Shown one piece after another: positions 9,399-19,354 of a stretch of 53,576 nucleotides of DNA. Position numbers and translations under genes: made by a program. The notes below the pieces were generated by a model. It was not told the DNA's origin, did not search any database, and worked only from the letters and a program-made list of their open reading frames with translations. The stretch lies in the IMG/VR virus record IMGVR_UViG_3300028048_001599. The stretch is one strand, 5' to 3'. Within the stretch, counting starts at the first letter, position 1. Each line of letters opens with the position of its first letter. This DNA comes from a virus (Duplodnaviria > Heunggongvirae > Uroviricota > Caudoviricetes).

Positions 9399-9789
9399 GC
9401 TTAATGGTTCAAGACGAGATGCACAATTCAGGGATAGGTTATACAACTTTTGTAGGTTGTACGAGGTTTTAGACAATGATGCACGTGCTTCGGAGTTAGT
9501 TAATAACGTAGCACTTGTATACGCCTTATGCGGTTATGATGTACGGGGTAAAAATCTTAGTTATGTCAGAAGAATGTACGGTAATGTAGCAAGAAAAATG
9601 ACCGAACCATTGGACTTGAATAAAATTAAAACATTTTCGTTTCTTAGGAGATACTGCGAACTTTCTGACGACTTGTATAATACAGCTGTTCTTTCTAAGT
9701 ACGACGCATTAATGGATGCTACATATTTTCTTTCAAGCACGGAGCGTTTGGATTTAGCAGTACGCTTAATCAAAGTTGAATGTTCCTAA
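9379..9789 (+). CDS. Hypothetical protein
   Basis: AAGGAG RBS from the upstream repeat copy. Confidence 0.7.
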   Translation: MLTIKEWLNGSRRDAQFRDRLYNFCRLYEVLDNDARASELVNNVALVYALCGYDVRGKNLSYVRRMYGNVARKMTEPLDLNKIKTFSFLRRYCELSDDLYNTAVLSKYDALMDATYFLSSTERLDLAVRLIKVECS

Positions 9790-9793
9790 TATT

Positions 9794-9840
9794 AAGCGCC
9801 TGAAATTTGTTAAGTAACAGAATTTCGGGTGCTTACTTTA
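9794..9840 (+). terminator. Probable intrinsic terminator
   Basis: AAGCGCCTGAAATT / AATTTCGGGTGCTT stem with G-U pairs, T-rich tail. Confidence 0.65.
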
Positions 9841-9895
9841 TTTCCTACTAAATGATTAATAATAAGAAAATCTAAATTAGGAGAATGATATTAAA

Positions 9896-10945
9896 ATGAA
9901 AGTAAGGCTTATTGAGTTATTCAGTGGTATAGGTGCACAGGCTAAAGCACTTGAAAACCTTGGTGTTGATTTTGAGCATTATCGAAGTGTGGAGATTGAC
10001 GAAAAACCTGTGAAAGCATATAATATACTCCATGGTACTAACTTCAAACCCCAGTCAATAACCGACATCTCAGGGTCAGAATTAGGGGTAGAAAATCTTG
10101 ACGAGTATCTTTATATAATGACATATTCATTCCCGTGTCAGGACTTGTCAGTAGCAGGTCAGAAACGAGGTATGTCTGAGGGTTCGGGTACTCGTTCGTC
10201 TTTACTGTGGGAAGTTCAAAGGTTACTTGAAGAAATGGATGAGGACAAACGTCCACAGGTGTTATTGATGGAAAATGTCACAGCTGTTCACAATAAACTA
10301 AACTATAATGATTTTATGAAATGGCATGGCATCCTTGAGGATTTAGGCTACACATCATATTGGTTTGATATGAACGCATATGACTATGGGGTACCTCAAT
10401 CAAGACCGAGGTGCTTTATGGTTTCTTTTGCATCACCTCAGTGTATGTTCTTTGAACCACCTGAACCTATTAAACTCAAGAAAACATGGCGTGAAATTAT
10501 AGATGTGTCTATTGACAGTTCATTATCACCGCTTCTTATAGAGCGGTATAAAAACATATTGCCTGATTTGAATTTGCCACAAGGTTTATCACTTATATCA
10601 GCGTCATACAATCCAACGGTGTGTGATAAATATGTTTATTGTATAACAACAAGAGTTGATAGAATTGAACGTCTGTTTGAGAAAGCAGGTGGACTTGTAG
10701 TAAATCGTGATGGTGACGATTATTCTGTAAGGTACGTTGCTGCAAAGGAAGCACTAATGTTTATGGGTTTTGGGGTAGATGATTATGACAAACTCAAGGA
10801 TACATTTTCAGAAGCACAGATATACAAGTTTGCAGGTAATTCAATAGTTGTAAATGTCCTGATGTTCATATTCAAGGCTATATTTGACCATCTTGACTTA
10901 AACGATGGTATTGAAATAAAGTACACATGGCGAGGTGATAATTAA
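9896..10945 (+). CDS. C5-cytosine DNA methyltransferase (orphan)
   Basis: ELFSGIGA (I), FPCQDLS (IV), MENV (VI), QSRPR (VIII), AGNSIVV (X). Confidence 0.93.
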   Translation: MKVRLIELFSGIGAQAKALENLGVDFEHYRSVEIDEKPVKAYNILHGTNFKPQSITDISGSELGVENLDEYLYIMTYSFPCQDLSVAGQKRGMSEGSGTRSSLLWEVQRLLEEMDEDKRPQVLLMENVTAVHNKLNYNDFMKWHGILEDLGYTSYWFDMNAYDYGVPQSRPRCFMVSFASPQCMFFEPPEPIKLKKTWREIIDVSIDSSLSPLLIERYKNILPDLNLPQGLSLISASYNPTVCDKYVYCITTRVDRIERLFEKAGGLVVNRDGDDYSVRYVAAKEALMFMGFGVDDYDKLKDTFSEAQIYKFAGNSIVVNVLMFIFKAIFDHLDLNDGIEIKYTWRGDN

Positions 10946-11682
10946 TGAATTTATATAATGATGACTGTATGAATATTCTTCCGACACTCAAAGATAATTC
11001 TGTTGACCTTGTAGTAATCGATCCACCTTATGATATCCCAAATATCACACCAGGTAGTAACTCAAAACTGTCAAAGTCGTTAGAACGTAGTCTAAAACAG
11101 CTTGACGAGTCTGACATAGTTGGTGGTTATGATATTCAAGCGGTGAACAAGGAATTGGTACGAATAATGCGGGGTATCAACATCTACATATGGTGTAACA
11201 AAAAGCAGATACCTGAATATATTGATTTTTACGTCAACAAGCTCGATTGTAAGTTTGAAATTCTTTGTTGGCACAAGACAAATGCAATGCCTACATTCAA
11301 TGGTAAATATCTTACCGATACTGAGTATTGTCTGTATTTTCATAAAGAGGGGTATGGAGCACAGCCGTCCTGTTATGATGACGCTCAGACTTATTTTCTT
11401 GCTCCTATAAATGCTAATGATAAAAAGTATTATAAGCACCCAACAATAAAGCCACTTGCAATTATAGAACGTTTAATACGTAATTCATCTCAGGTTGGTG
11501 ACACAGTTCTTGATTGTTTCATGGGTTCAGGAACAACAGGGGTTGCCTGTAAAGACCTTGAACGTGAGTTTATAGGTATTGAGATATCTAAACAGTGGTT
11601 TGATATAGCTTATGATCGAATAACACTTGGTTCTGCCACTGTCGACACATCAGAAATGCTCGACTTTTCTGATTTAGAATAG
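10945..11682 (+). CDS. Beta-class amino (N6A/N4C) DNA methyltransferase
   Basis: IDPPY, HPTIKP, DCFMGSGTTG. Confidence 0.92.
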   Translation: MNLYNDDCMNILPTLKDNSVDLVVIDPPYDIPNITPGSNSKLSKSLERSLKQLDESDIVGGYDIQAVNKELVRIMRGINIYIWCNKKQIPEYIDFYVNKLDCKFEILCWHKTNAMPTFNGKYLTDTEYCLYFHKEGYGAQPSCYDDAQTYFLAPINANDKKYYKHPTIKPLAIIERLIRNSSQVGDTVLDCFMGSGTTGVACKDLEREFIGIEISKQWFDIAYDRITLGSATVDTSEMLDFSDLE

Positions 11683-11692
11683 GAGTGATTTT

Positions 11693-12076
11693 ATGACAGT
11701 AGTTTCCAATGATATATGTAAAATAAAGGCTCAATCAGTGTTTGAAACATTCAATGACTTGTTGGTTGTTATGTTTAATTTTGATGCAGTAGATGATACA
11801 GTAGTTCATCAAATAGCAACATATTATGGCTCTCCTGTATTACCTGATGTTTTGGCTCAATCAACAAACGGTAGATGGTCAGCATTTTATAGTTTACTTT
11901 GTAACATTGATGCCGATATCACTGAGCAAAACAATATGAAAGACATTATTGAGACATTTGAGGAAACCGACCCCACAGACTTGGTTACAATCAATATGTA
12001 TCTGATAAAATATTACCACTTTTACATATTATATGACGATGGTCGAGCAATGGTTTTAAAGAAATGTTCCAAATAG
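11693..12076 (+). CDS. Hypothetical protein
   Basis: AGGAG RBS, operonic. Confidence 0.7.
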   Translation: MTVVSNDICKIKAQSVFETFNDLLVVMFNFDAVDDTVVHQIATYYGSPVLPDVLAQSTNGRWSAFYSLLCNIDADITEQNNMKDIIETFEETDPTDLVTINMYLIKYYHFYILYDDGRAMVLKKCSK

Positions 12077-12085
12077 AGGTGCTAA

Positions 12086-12928
12086 ATGGATATACAAGAA
12101 TATACTTATAATAATACGGTAATATACAACGGTGATTGCTTTGACGTAATGAAACAGTTCGATACAGGGGTAGTTGATATTATACTTACATCACCACCCT
12201 ACAATACAAATAAGCATGCTGGTAAGAACACTGTAATTAAAGATTTAACCGATAAAAATGGCTTAACATCAAATATTCGATACGATATGCACGTTGACAA
12301 TATGACAAATGACGAATATTGTGACTTCACACGTAAGTTATTCATAGAATTTGACAGGATTCTGAAGTCAAATGGTTGTATCTTATATAACTTGTCCTAT
12401 GGCGGTGAAAATTCAGAGTGTATGTTTCGTGCGGTAAATGAAGTAATAACCAAAACACCGTTCACGATAGCCGATTCCATAGTATGGAAGAAGTTAAATG
12501 TCTTTCCAAATGCAACATCATCTAATAAATTGACACGTACTTGTGAGTTTATATTTGTATTTTGTAGAGAGTCGGAGTACCACACATTTCATTGTAATAA
12601 ACGTATAACAAGTTACCGTGATACCGGTCAGGCTTGTTATGAAAACATTCAGAGTTTGATTGAAGCAAAGAATAATGATGAAGTGTGTCCATATAATAAA
12701 GCTACATATTCAAGTGATTTATGCACAAAGCTTTTAAAGATATATGCACCTAAAGGAGCATTAGTATATGACCCGTTTATGGGTTCAGGCACTACGGCCG
12801 TAGCTTGTGAAAAAATGGAACTCATGAGTTGGGGTAGCGAAATATCGAAAAACCAATGCGAATGGGCTATCAACAGATTAAAAAGGCAGGAAACCATGTT
12901 AGAGTTTGACTTTAGTTCCTGTGAATGA
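12086..12928 (+). CDS. Beta-class amino DNA methyltransferase, probably N4-cytosine
   Basis: TSPPY, DPFMGSGTT. Confidence 0.9.
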   Translation: MDIQEYTYNNTVIYNGDCFDVMKQFDTGVVDIILTSPPYNTNKHAGKNTVIKDLTDKNGLTSNIRYDMHVDNMTNDEYCDFTRKLFIEFDRILKSNGCILYNLSYGGENSECMFRAVNEVITKTPFTIADSIVWKKLNVFPNATSSNKLTRTCEFIFVFCRESEYHTFHCNKRITSYRDTGQACYENIQSLIEAKNNDEVCPYNKATYSSDLCTKLLKIYAPKGALVYDPFMGSGTTAVACEKMELMSWGSEISKNQCEWAINRLKRQETMLEFDFSSCE

Positions 12929-12942
12929 AATGAGGGATTTGT

Positions 12943-13146
12943 ATGAATTTAACAACCATGGTAATTATAGGTATTGTAATACTTATAATTCTTTACATCG
13001 TATGGCAAATAGTAAAATGGAAATGGGGTAATACCGACAAAGAAATGGTTAAAGAAAAGGCAAAAGGTGGTATACTTGACATATTCACAAATATAAGTGA
13101 ATGGTTCAACGAACGTAGATATAAAGATGATGACAGAAAATTCTAA
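12943..13146 (+). CDS. Small membrane protein
   Basis: N-terminal hydrophobic stretch MVIIGIVILIILYIVW. Confidence 0.7.
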   Translation: MNLTTMVIIGIVILIILYIVWQIVKWKWGNTDKEMVKEKAKGGILDIFTNISEWFNERRYKDDDRKF

Positions 13147-13163
13147 ATCAAGGAAATGAGGTA

Positions 13164-13466
13164 ATGAGAATGGACACAATATATAATGTAGGGTACACAA
13201 ACGAAAACGGTGACACTCATATTTGTCTTAAAACAGCTGATTGTCTTGAGGCAGCACGTGAGGTTCTTAACTGGGACAATATCAATGGTTATGCTTACAT
13301 AAACAAAGTTGTAGCAGACACTGTTGTATATCAAATTTTTTGTGATAAACGTAAGGGAACAGTCAGAAAGTCACATGTAATAAATACATTTAACAATTCA
13401 GATATGGTTGCAATTGCAACATTGTTTGAGGCGGCATATAAAAGAGATAGAGATGGGGTAAAATAA
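13164..13466 (+). CDS. Hypothetical protein
   Basis: GAGG RBS, abuts next gene. Confidence 0.7.
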   Translation: MRMDTIYNVGYTNENGDTHICLKTADCLEAAREVLNWDNINGYAYINKVVADTVVYQIFCDKRKGTVRKSHVINTFNNSDMVAIATLFEAAYKRDRDGVK

Positions 13467-14504
13467 ATGGCAAGACCACACGATAAAACCGGTTTAAGAT
13501 ATGGTAGACTCCTTGTTCTTGAAAGATTACATGATGAAAATGGGACATTACTGTATAAATGTCAATGTGACTGTGGTAATGTGACTTACGTTAAAACAAA
13601 TTATTTGTGTGACAGTAATACTGTGAAATCTTGTGGTTGTGTTAAAAAAGAGCTTCTCACAAAGAGAAGGCAGGAAGCATTAGACAGGGTGTTAGGTAAG
13701 AAGTTCGGTAGATTAACAGTCTTGGAATTTCAAGACAAACCTGGTGCAAGAAAATTACACTTTTTATGTCAGTGTGACTGTGGTAAAAAGATAGTAACGA
13801 CTAACGATTCTTTACTAAGCCAGCATACTATATCTTGTGGTTGTTATCAAAGAGAAGTTGTCAGTAAGGTTAAAGAAATGATAGGTAAGAAGTTTGGTAG
13901 ACTTACGGTAATAAAACCTGTTGAAGAAAAAGCAAGTAACGGTAACTATAAATTCTTATGTCAGTGTGAGTGTGGTAATACAACCATAGTTACAGGGGGA
14001 CATTTACGCACTGGAACTACAATCTCATGTGGGTGTGCCATAGTTGTAGATAAGACTGACATAATAGGTAAAAAATTCGGTAGATTAACAGTACTTAGTC
14101 TTGACGAAGTTAACAAATACATAAGATATAAATGTAGATGTGACTGTGGCAATGAAATTGTAACATATCGTTATGCCTTAATTAATGGGGAATCACAGTC
14201 ATGTGGATGTAGACAACGTGAGGTTGCATCTAAAAACATAAACAACTATTTAGGTACTGTTTTAAAAGAAAAATCAAGATTAGATTTGATGAATACTAAA
14301 CTACATGTTAATAATACCTCAGGAAGACGAGGTGTCAGTTGGAATAATAATAACCAGATGTGGGAAGCCTACATAGGTGTTAAAGGAAAACGTATAAAAT
14401 TAGGTTACTTTACTGAATTTGATGATGCTGTAAAAGCAAGGGAACAGGCGGAGCATGATATGTGGGAGCCAACATTAAATAAGTATGGCAGAGAGTTGGA
14501 GTGA
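13467..14504 (+). CDS. AP2-domain protein with four CxCxCG...SCGC repeats (homing-endonuclease related, no visible HNH core)
   Basis: 4x G(K/L)(K/R)(F/Y)GRL.V...C.C.CG...SCGC; C-terminal NNTSGRRGVSW...W.AYIG..GKRIKLGYF. Confidence 0.8.
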   Translation: MARPHDKTGLRYGRLLVLERLHDENGTLLYKCQCDCGNVTYVKTNYLCDSNTVKSCGCVKKELLTKRRQEALDRVLGKKFGRLTVLEFQDKPGARKLHFLCQCDCGKKIVTTNDSLLSQHTISCGCYQREVVSKVKEMIGKKFGRLTVIKPVEEKASNGNYKFLCQCECGNTTIVTGGHLRTGTTISCGCAIVVDKTDIIGKKFGRLTVLSLDEVNKYIRYKCRCDCGNEIVTYRYALINGESQSCGCRQREVASKNINNYLGTVLKEKSRLDLMNTKLHVNNTSGRRGVSWNNNNQMWEAYIGVKGKRIKLGYFTEFDDAVKAREQAEHDMWEPTLNKYGRELE

Positions 14505-15304
14505 GCAACATGTATAAATTATACAATGACGACTGTTTAAAGGTAATGCCTACATTGGAGCCGCATAGTATCGACATGATTTTGTGTGACTTACCATATG
14601 GGGTATTAAGCAAATCGAATGAAGAAGCACAATGGGATAAACCATTACCCTTTGATGAATTATGGAAAAACTACAATAGATTAATAAAACCTAACGGTGT
14701 CATAGCTTTATTCGGTCAAGGTTTATTCTTTGCGGAGTTGATATTATCAAACAAGGACGATTTTCGTTATGACCTTGTATGGGATAAGCAACTTACAAGT
14801 GAGTTTCTCAATGCAAACAGGAAGCCAATGAGGGTTCACGAGCAAATAGCTATATTCTACAAAGGTAATCCTACATATAACCCGCAAATGACCAAAGGTA
14901 AACCTTTACATAGTAAAGGCACACGGTACAAATTAGGTGGTTCAAATTCAGCCTACGGTTCATACGGGGTAATTGAACAACAGCAAACAATAACAGATGA
15001 TGGTTACGCAGAAAAATATCCTACTTCACTGTTATCATTTCAAAAACCACATCCGTCAAAAGCTGTTCATACAACTCAAAAACCCACTGAACTTCTTGAT
15101 TGGTTGATTCGAACGTATACAAATGAGGGTGACTTGGTTCTTGACAACTGTATGGGTTCAGGTTCAACGGGGGTATCTGCTGTTCAATTAAACAGGGACT
15201 TTATAGGAATTGAGGCATCTGAGCGTTATTTTCCGATAGCAGAAAAAAGAATTGATGACGTGTCTGACGGTGCTGATTTACTTGACTTTAATGGTCTGGA
15301 ATAA
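14501..15304 (+). CDS. Beta-class amino DNA methyltransferase
   Basis: CDLPYG, HTTQKP, DNCMGSGSTG. Confidence 0.92.
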   Translation: MSNMYKLYNDDCLKVMPTLEPHSIDMILCDLPYGVLSKSNEEAQWDKPLPFDELWKNYNRLIKPNGVIALFGQGLFFAELILSNKDDFRYDLVWDKQLTSEFLNANRKPMRVHEQIAIFYKGNPTYNPQMTKGKPLHSKGTRYKLGGSNSAYGSYGVIEQQQTITDDGYAEKYPTSLLSFQKPHPSKAVHTTQKPTELLDWLIRTYTNEGDLVLDNCMGSGSTGVSAVQLNRDFIGIEASERYFPIAEKRIDDVSDGADLLDFNGLE

Positions 15305-15350
15305 TATATCAAAGGTACAAAATAAGAAATTGATACAGGGGGAATAAATA

Positions 15351-15668
15351 ATGAAACGAACAAAATCAATGTACTATTATCCAACAGAAGAAAGTTTTGA
15401 ATTGTATTTGTATACTGTAAACACTAGTGAAATATACAAAGAGTTTACACGACCGTTGATAGAACTTTTGCGTAAACGTTGTCAGCAGGGGGTATACGAT
15501 GAGCAAAAGGCAATTGACGCTTATTTCGCCATTGCAACAACAGCGGCAAAAATGTATAACCGTGAGTTTGCTTCTGAAGGTGTGGTGAACTTCTCAGTAC
15601 GTGATAGGTTTACTGTTGCTATTGAGATGGAAAAGAGATACTTAGAAAGTGTAATGAGTAATGATTAA
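15351..15668 (+). CDS. Hypothetical protein
   Basis: 105-aa ORF with G-rich RBS. Confidence 0.7.
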   Translation: MKRTKSMYYYPTEESFELYLYTVNTSEIYKEFTRPLIELLRKRCQQGVYDEQKAIDAYFAIATTAAKMYNREFASEGVVNFSVRDRFTVAIEMEKRYLESVMSND

Positions 15669-15689
15669 ATTTAAGTTGGGTGATATTTA

Positions 15690-15866
15690 ATGAATTTGAT
15701 CGTAAAATTACAAATAGATAAATTACATAAGTCAAAGAAATGTAACATGAAAAATATCTCAGACGTAAGTGCTAAAGCATCAGAGTTAAATCTTACGGCA
15801 CTTTTAACTTGGGTCTACAACCATCAGGAAGAATATTTACAGTATATAGAAAAGAAAAAGTATTAA
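15690..15866 (+). CDS. Small hypothetical protein (58 aa, below track cut-off)
   Basis: GGGTGA then ATG; MNLIVKLQ...EKKKY-TAA followed by terminator. Confidence 0.55.
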   Translation: MNLIVKLQIDKLHKSKKCNMKNISDVSAKASELNLTALLTWVYNHQEEYLQYIEKKKY

Positions 15867-15870
15867 GTTT

Positions 15871-15897
15871 AAGGAATGACAATGTCATTCCTTTTAC
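15871..15897 (+). terminator. Intrinsic terminator
   Basis: AAGGAATGAC-AAT-GTCATTCCTT then TT. Confidence 0.7.
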
Positions 15898-15943
15898 TAC
15901 TTAATAAGATACTTTAATGTTTAATAGTATAAATAAATGTTAG

Positions 15944-16723
15944 GTGGTGATTCTATTGTACGATTTATATAATGACGACTGTTTAAAAATAATGCCAACA
16001 CTGAAACCGCATAGTGTTGATATGATTTTATGCGATTTACCTTATGGTACAACAAATAACTCATGGGACACAGTAATACCTTTTGATGAACTGTGGACAC
16101 AATATAAAAGGTTAATAACCGACACAGGTTGTATTGCACTATTTGCTCAGGCTCCATTTGACAAGGTTCTTGCTTGTTCAAACCTTGAAATGTTTAAGTA
16201 CGAGTGGATTTGGCAAAAGACAATGGCAACAGGGTTTGCTAACAGTAAACATGCCCCTATGAAGGGTCACGAACAGATATTAATATTTAGTAAGGGGGTA
16301 GCTGCACCGTCATCAAGAGCTGACAGGTGCATGACATATAATCCTCAAATGACTGAGGGTTCTTTTTACAAAACTAAATCAAAACCTACATCATCAAACT
16401 ATAGTGTAAATAAGTCATTTGTATCTGAGAGTAGCGAAAGATATCCTGTTGACATCATTGAATTTCAGCACGACCGTCCATCGGTGCATCCTACTCAAAA
16501 ACCTGTTGCTCTGTGTGAGTATTTGATAAAAACCTACACTAATGAAGGTATGATAGTTCTTGACAATTGTATGGGTTCAGGTTCAACAGGGGTAGCATCC
16601 GTAAGGTTAAATAGGGACTTTATAGGGATAGAAAAAGAAAAGAAGTATTTTGACATTGCAAAGAAAAGAATACAGGACGTAGAAAATGGTGCTGACTTGT
16701 TAGATTTCAATGCTTGTTATTAA
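15944..16723 (+). CDS. Beta-class amino DNA methyltransferase, paralogue of 14501..15304
   Basis: CDLPYG, HPTQKP, DNCMGSGSTG; 5' DNA visibly similar to the paralogue. Confidence 0.92.
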   Translation: MVILLYDLYNDDCLKIMPTLKPHSVDMILCDLPYGTTNNSWDTVIPFDELWTQYKRLITDTGCIALFAQAPFDKVLACSNLEMFKYEWIWQKTMATGFANSKHAPMKGHEQILIFSKGVAAPSSRADRCMTYNPQMTEGSFYKTKSKPTSSNYSVNKSFVSESSERYPVDIIEFQHDRPSVHPTQKPVALCEYLIKTYTNEGMIVLDNCMGSGSTGVASVRLNRDFIGIEKEKKYFDIAKKRIQDVENGADLLDFNACY

Positions 16724-16733
16724 TGATTGAAAG

Positions 16734-17474
16734 GTGGTTCTTAAAATGAACGATAATAATGAACAGGAAAAGCAGAAGAAACGTGATAAACGATTGGTAG
16801 TTTATTCTTCAATAGCGATAGTTATAGGGTTACTTTCAATATGTGTAAACATAGGTTCACGTTTATCTGATAACAATAAAGAAAAAGTAGCAGGGGTAGT
16901 CGATTCATCTGTCACCACAGAAAATTCCAAAGATACCTCGACTTATAAGTTACATAATTCTTACTCAGCGGCACGTGACATAAATACAGTTTTAACATAT
17001 GATAATCTTGTAAGGTATTGCAAGGATAATAACCTTATTGATAAAAATGACCCTAACGAGGAGGTATTTCCAAAGAACGCTGTATTGGTATCACTTGAGG
17101 CTTTTCTAAAGTACATGTATAAAGATATTGAAACAAATGAGGACTATTCATACATATTCAAGGTAATTGATAACAGAGAGTTGGGGTATACGGACTACGA
17201 GGTGTTTAGCGTAGAAAAACTTGCTAATGACGGTAAGAACTTTACATATGTAAAGCGTAGCACATCGGTAATAGAAATTCTTACAAATAATATGAATGTT
17301 GCATCTGAATTATCTGAACCAGAAACAAGTTGGGTGGTTGATGACACTGATGAGAGTGAAGTTGATAACGATAGTGAAGGTATAGATGACCCTGAATTGT
17401 CGGTTGAGGACTTGAGTATACCTGATAGTTCTACTAAGTCATCCGAGGTTGTTTCTGAAGAAACCTCAGAGTAA
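16734..17474 (+). CDS. Membrane-anchored protein with acidic Ser-rich tail
   Basis: One TM (LVVYSSIAIVIGLLSICVNI); D/E/S-rich C-terminus. Confidence 0.7.
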   Translation: MVLKMNDNNEQEKQKKRDKRLVVYSSIAIVIGLLSICVNIGSRLSDNNKEKVAGVVDSSVTTENSKDTSTYKLHNSYSAARDINTVLTYDNLVRYCKDNNLIDKNDPNEEVFPKNAVLVSLEAFLKYMYKDIETNEDYSYIFKVIDNRELGYTDYEVFSVEKLANDGKNFTYVKRSTSVIEILTNNMNVASELSEPETSWVVDDTDESEVDNDSEGIDDPELSVEDLSIPDSSTKSSEVVSEETSE

Positions 17475-17486
17475 GGCGGTGATATA

Positions 17487-17711
17487 ATGGAGTTTGGAAT
17501 GGTCAAATACGATAATTCGACATACACGGTATTCCAAGAGCCTCACTTGGATAAAAAGACTGGTAAAATTCAGGCAGTAGTTGCAGACAGTAGAAATAAA
17601 CCACACATTGCATATTTTACTGATATTGCTTCGTTAGAGGTTTATTCAGTAATTCCGATAAAAGGTTTTGATGATATAAACGATGTAATCACATTCTTCC
17701 ACATTAAGTGA
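17487..17711 (+). CDS. Hypothetical protein
   Basis: AAGGCGGTGA RBS, followed by terminator. Confidence 0.65.
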   Translation: MEFGMVKYDNSTYTVFQEPHLDKKTGKIQAVVADSRNKPHIAYFTDIASLEVYSVIPIKGFDDINDVITFFHIK

Positions 17712-17737
17712 GGTTAAACACCTCACTTAAATTTTTT
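17704..17737 (+). terminator. Intrinsic terminator
   Basis: TTAAGTGAGG / CCTCACTTAA stem, ATTTTTT tail. Confidence 0.75.
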
Positions 17738-17748
17738 ATAACAAGGTA

Positions 17749-17777
17749 TTGACATTTTCTGACAAATTTGTTATAAT
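17749..17777 (+). promoter_or_regulatory. SigA-type promoter upstream of tnpB leader
   Basis: TTGACA-17 bp-TATAAT, TG extension. Confidence 0.85.
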
Positions 17778-17838
17778 AAAATAAGTCGATAGTGTCGGTC
17801 TTTAATATTCTTAAAAAGAAATAATGATTTTAAGTGGT

Positions 17839-17921
17839 CTGTAAGGCTTTCTGAGGGCTTAAAAATCAAGGGTAGGTCGGTGGATGTTTATGTATAAAAA
17901 GTCGCTCAGAGGGCTTTACAG
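17839..17921 (+). ncRNA. Candidate structured RNA or ssDNA hairpin in tnpB leader
   Basis: 17-bp stem CTGTAAGGCTTTCTGAG / CTCAGAGGGCTTTACAG, no mismatches, 3 G-U wobbles. Confidence 0.45.
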
Positions 17922-17959
17922 GCGAAAACAGAGGTAGTATAGTTCAGTATAATATTAAA

Positions 17960-19353
17960 AAATATTAAAATCAATATAAATTTTATAATAAATTTTGTTT
18001 AAAATAAAGGATGATAACGCATGATTGTAACAAGGGTAGAAAAACATATCTTAAAACAGAATAATGAATATTACTCTTTGATAGATGATTTTTGTTTAAA
18101 GGCTAAAAATCTATATAACCATGCTAATTATATTATCAGACAAGAGTTTTGTTCATCAAATAAATGGATAAGATATTCAGATTTAGATTCTATTCTTAAA
18201 AAGGATAAAGATTATCCAGATTATGCAAATATGCCAACAGCGCAATCAGCACAGCAGATACTTCGTCTTTTAGATAAAAATTGGGTTTCATTTTTTAAAT
18301 CAATCAAAGATTGGTCTAAACATAAAGATAAATATTTAGGTAGACCAAAACTTCCTAAATACAAGTCTAAAAATGGTAGAGAAATACTAATATTGACAAA
18401 TCAAAATGTTAAACTTAAAGGTGACATACTTCATTTTCCAAAGACATTTAATAAATTTACTATAGAACCACAATTTATCAATAGAAGTGATTTTGTTTCG
18501 TTTCAGCAAGTGAGATTCTTACCGAGGAATAAACATATAGTAATAGAGATAGTTTATAATATTGAAGTTCCTGATTTAGTAAATGATAATGGTAGATATT
18601 TAAGTATTGATATAGGGGTAGATAACTTATCAACCATAACAAATAACTTTAATGAAGCACCAGTTATTGTAAATGGTAAAGGTCTAAAGTCTATGAATCA
18701 ATACTATAATAAATTATTAGCACATTATAAATCAATAACAAAAACGTTAAATAAACAAGACTATTCAAACAGACAAAACAAATTTACTATTAAGAGAAAT
18801 GCTAAAATAACTGATTACTTACATAAAACAAGTCGATTTATTGTAAATTATGCAAAACAACATTCAGTTTCAGTTATTGTTATAGGGTATAATAAAGAAT
18901 GGAAACAGAATAGTACTTTAAGTAAAAAGGTAAATCAACATTTTGTTCAGATTCCTTTCAATATTCTAATACAACAGATACAGTATAAAGCTGAAGAGTT
19001 TGGTATTAAAGTTATTTTAGTAGAAGAGAGTTACACATCAGGAACATCATTTTTAGATAATGAATTACCTGCAAAAGAAAATTACAACAAGAGTCGAAGA
19101 AAGCATAGGGGTATATTCAAATCTAATAATGGTACATTGATAAATGCTGATGTAAATGGTGCATTTCAAATTTTAAAGAAGGTATTTCCAAATGCGTATG
19201 CAAATGGGGTAGAGGTTGTAGTGTTTCAGCCAATCAAAGTAAACTGCGGTTGATTGATAAAGTTTTTATTAAAATTTTTTAACAGTTGTTAATAGTTTTT
19301 ATTAAAAACAAAACATTAAGATTTTGGTAATGGTTCAAGTGGTAATGATTCAA
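17960..19353 (+). mobile_element. Solo-tnpB (IS1341-like) element, ends uncertain
   Basis: tnpB with AT-rich palindromic flanks (TTAACAGTTGTTAA); candidate right end TTCAA at 19349-19353; left end not resolved. Confidence 0.4.
18021..19253 (+). CDS. tnpB: TnpB RNA-guided endonuclease (IS200/IS605-type, no adjacent tnpA)
   Basis: AKNLYNHANYIIRQ; RuvC SIDIGVDNL, VEESYTS, NADVNGA (D-E-D intact); no Cys zinc finger. Confidence 0.92.
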   Translation: MIVTRVEKHILKQNNEYYSLIDDFCLKAKNLYNHANYIIRQEFCSSNKWIRYSDLDSILKKDKDYPDYANMPTAQSAQQILRLLDKNWVSFFKSIKDWSKHKDKYLGRPKLPKYKSKNGREILILTNQNVKLKGDILHFPKTFNKFTIEPQFINRSDFVSFQQVRFLPRNKHIVIEIVYNIEVPDLVNDNGRYLSIDIGVDNLSTITNNFNEAPVIVNGKGLKSMNQYYNKLLAHYKSITKTLNKQDYSNRQNKFTIKRNAKITDYLHKTSRFIVNYAKQHSVSVIVIGYNKEWKQNSTLSKKVNQHFVQIPFNILIQQIQYKAEEFGIKVILVEESYTSGTSFLDNELPAKENYNKSRRKHRGIFKSNNGTLINADVNGAFQILKKVFPNAYANGVEVVVFQPIKVNCG

Positions 19354-19354
19354 G
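19325..19354 (+). repeat. 15-bp tandem duplication
   Basis: TGGTAATGGTTCAAG TGGTAATGATTCAAG. Confidence 0.8.

Noticed and set aside
9402-9413. TAATGGTTCAAG match to the tnpB downstream flank (19328) as a guide target
   Set aside because: AT-rich 12-mer plausible by chance, and it spans the candidate element end rather than the guide
9896-16723. Restriction-modification system
   Set aside because: No recognisable restriction endonuclease or specificity subunit beside the methyltransferases
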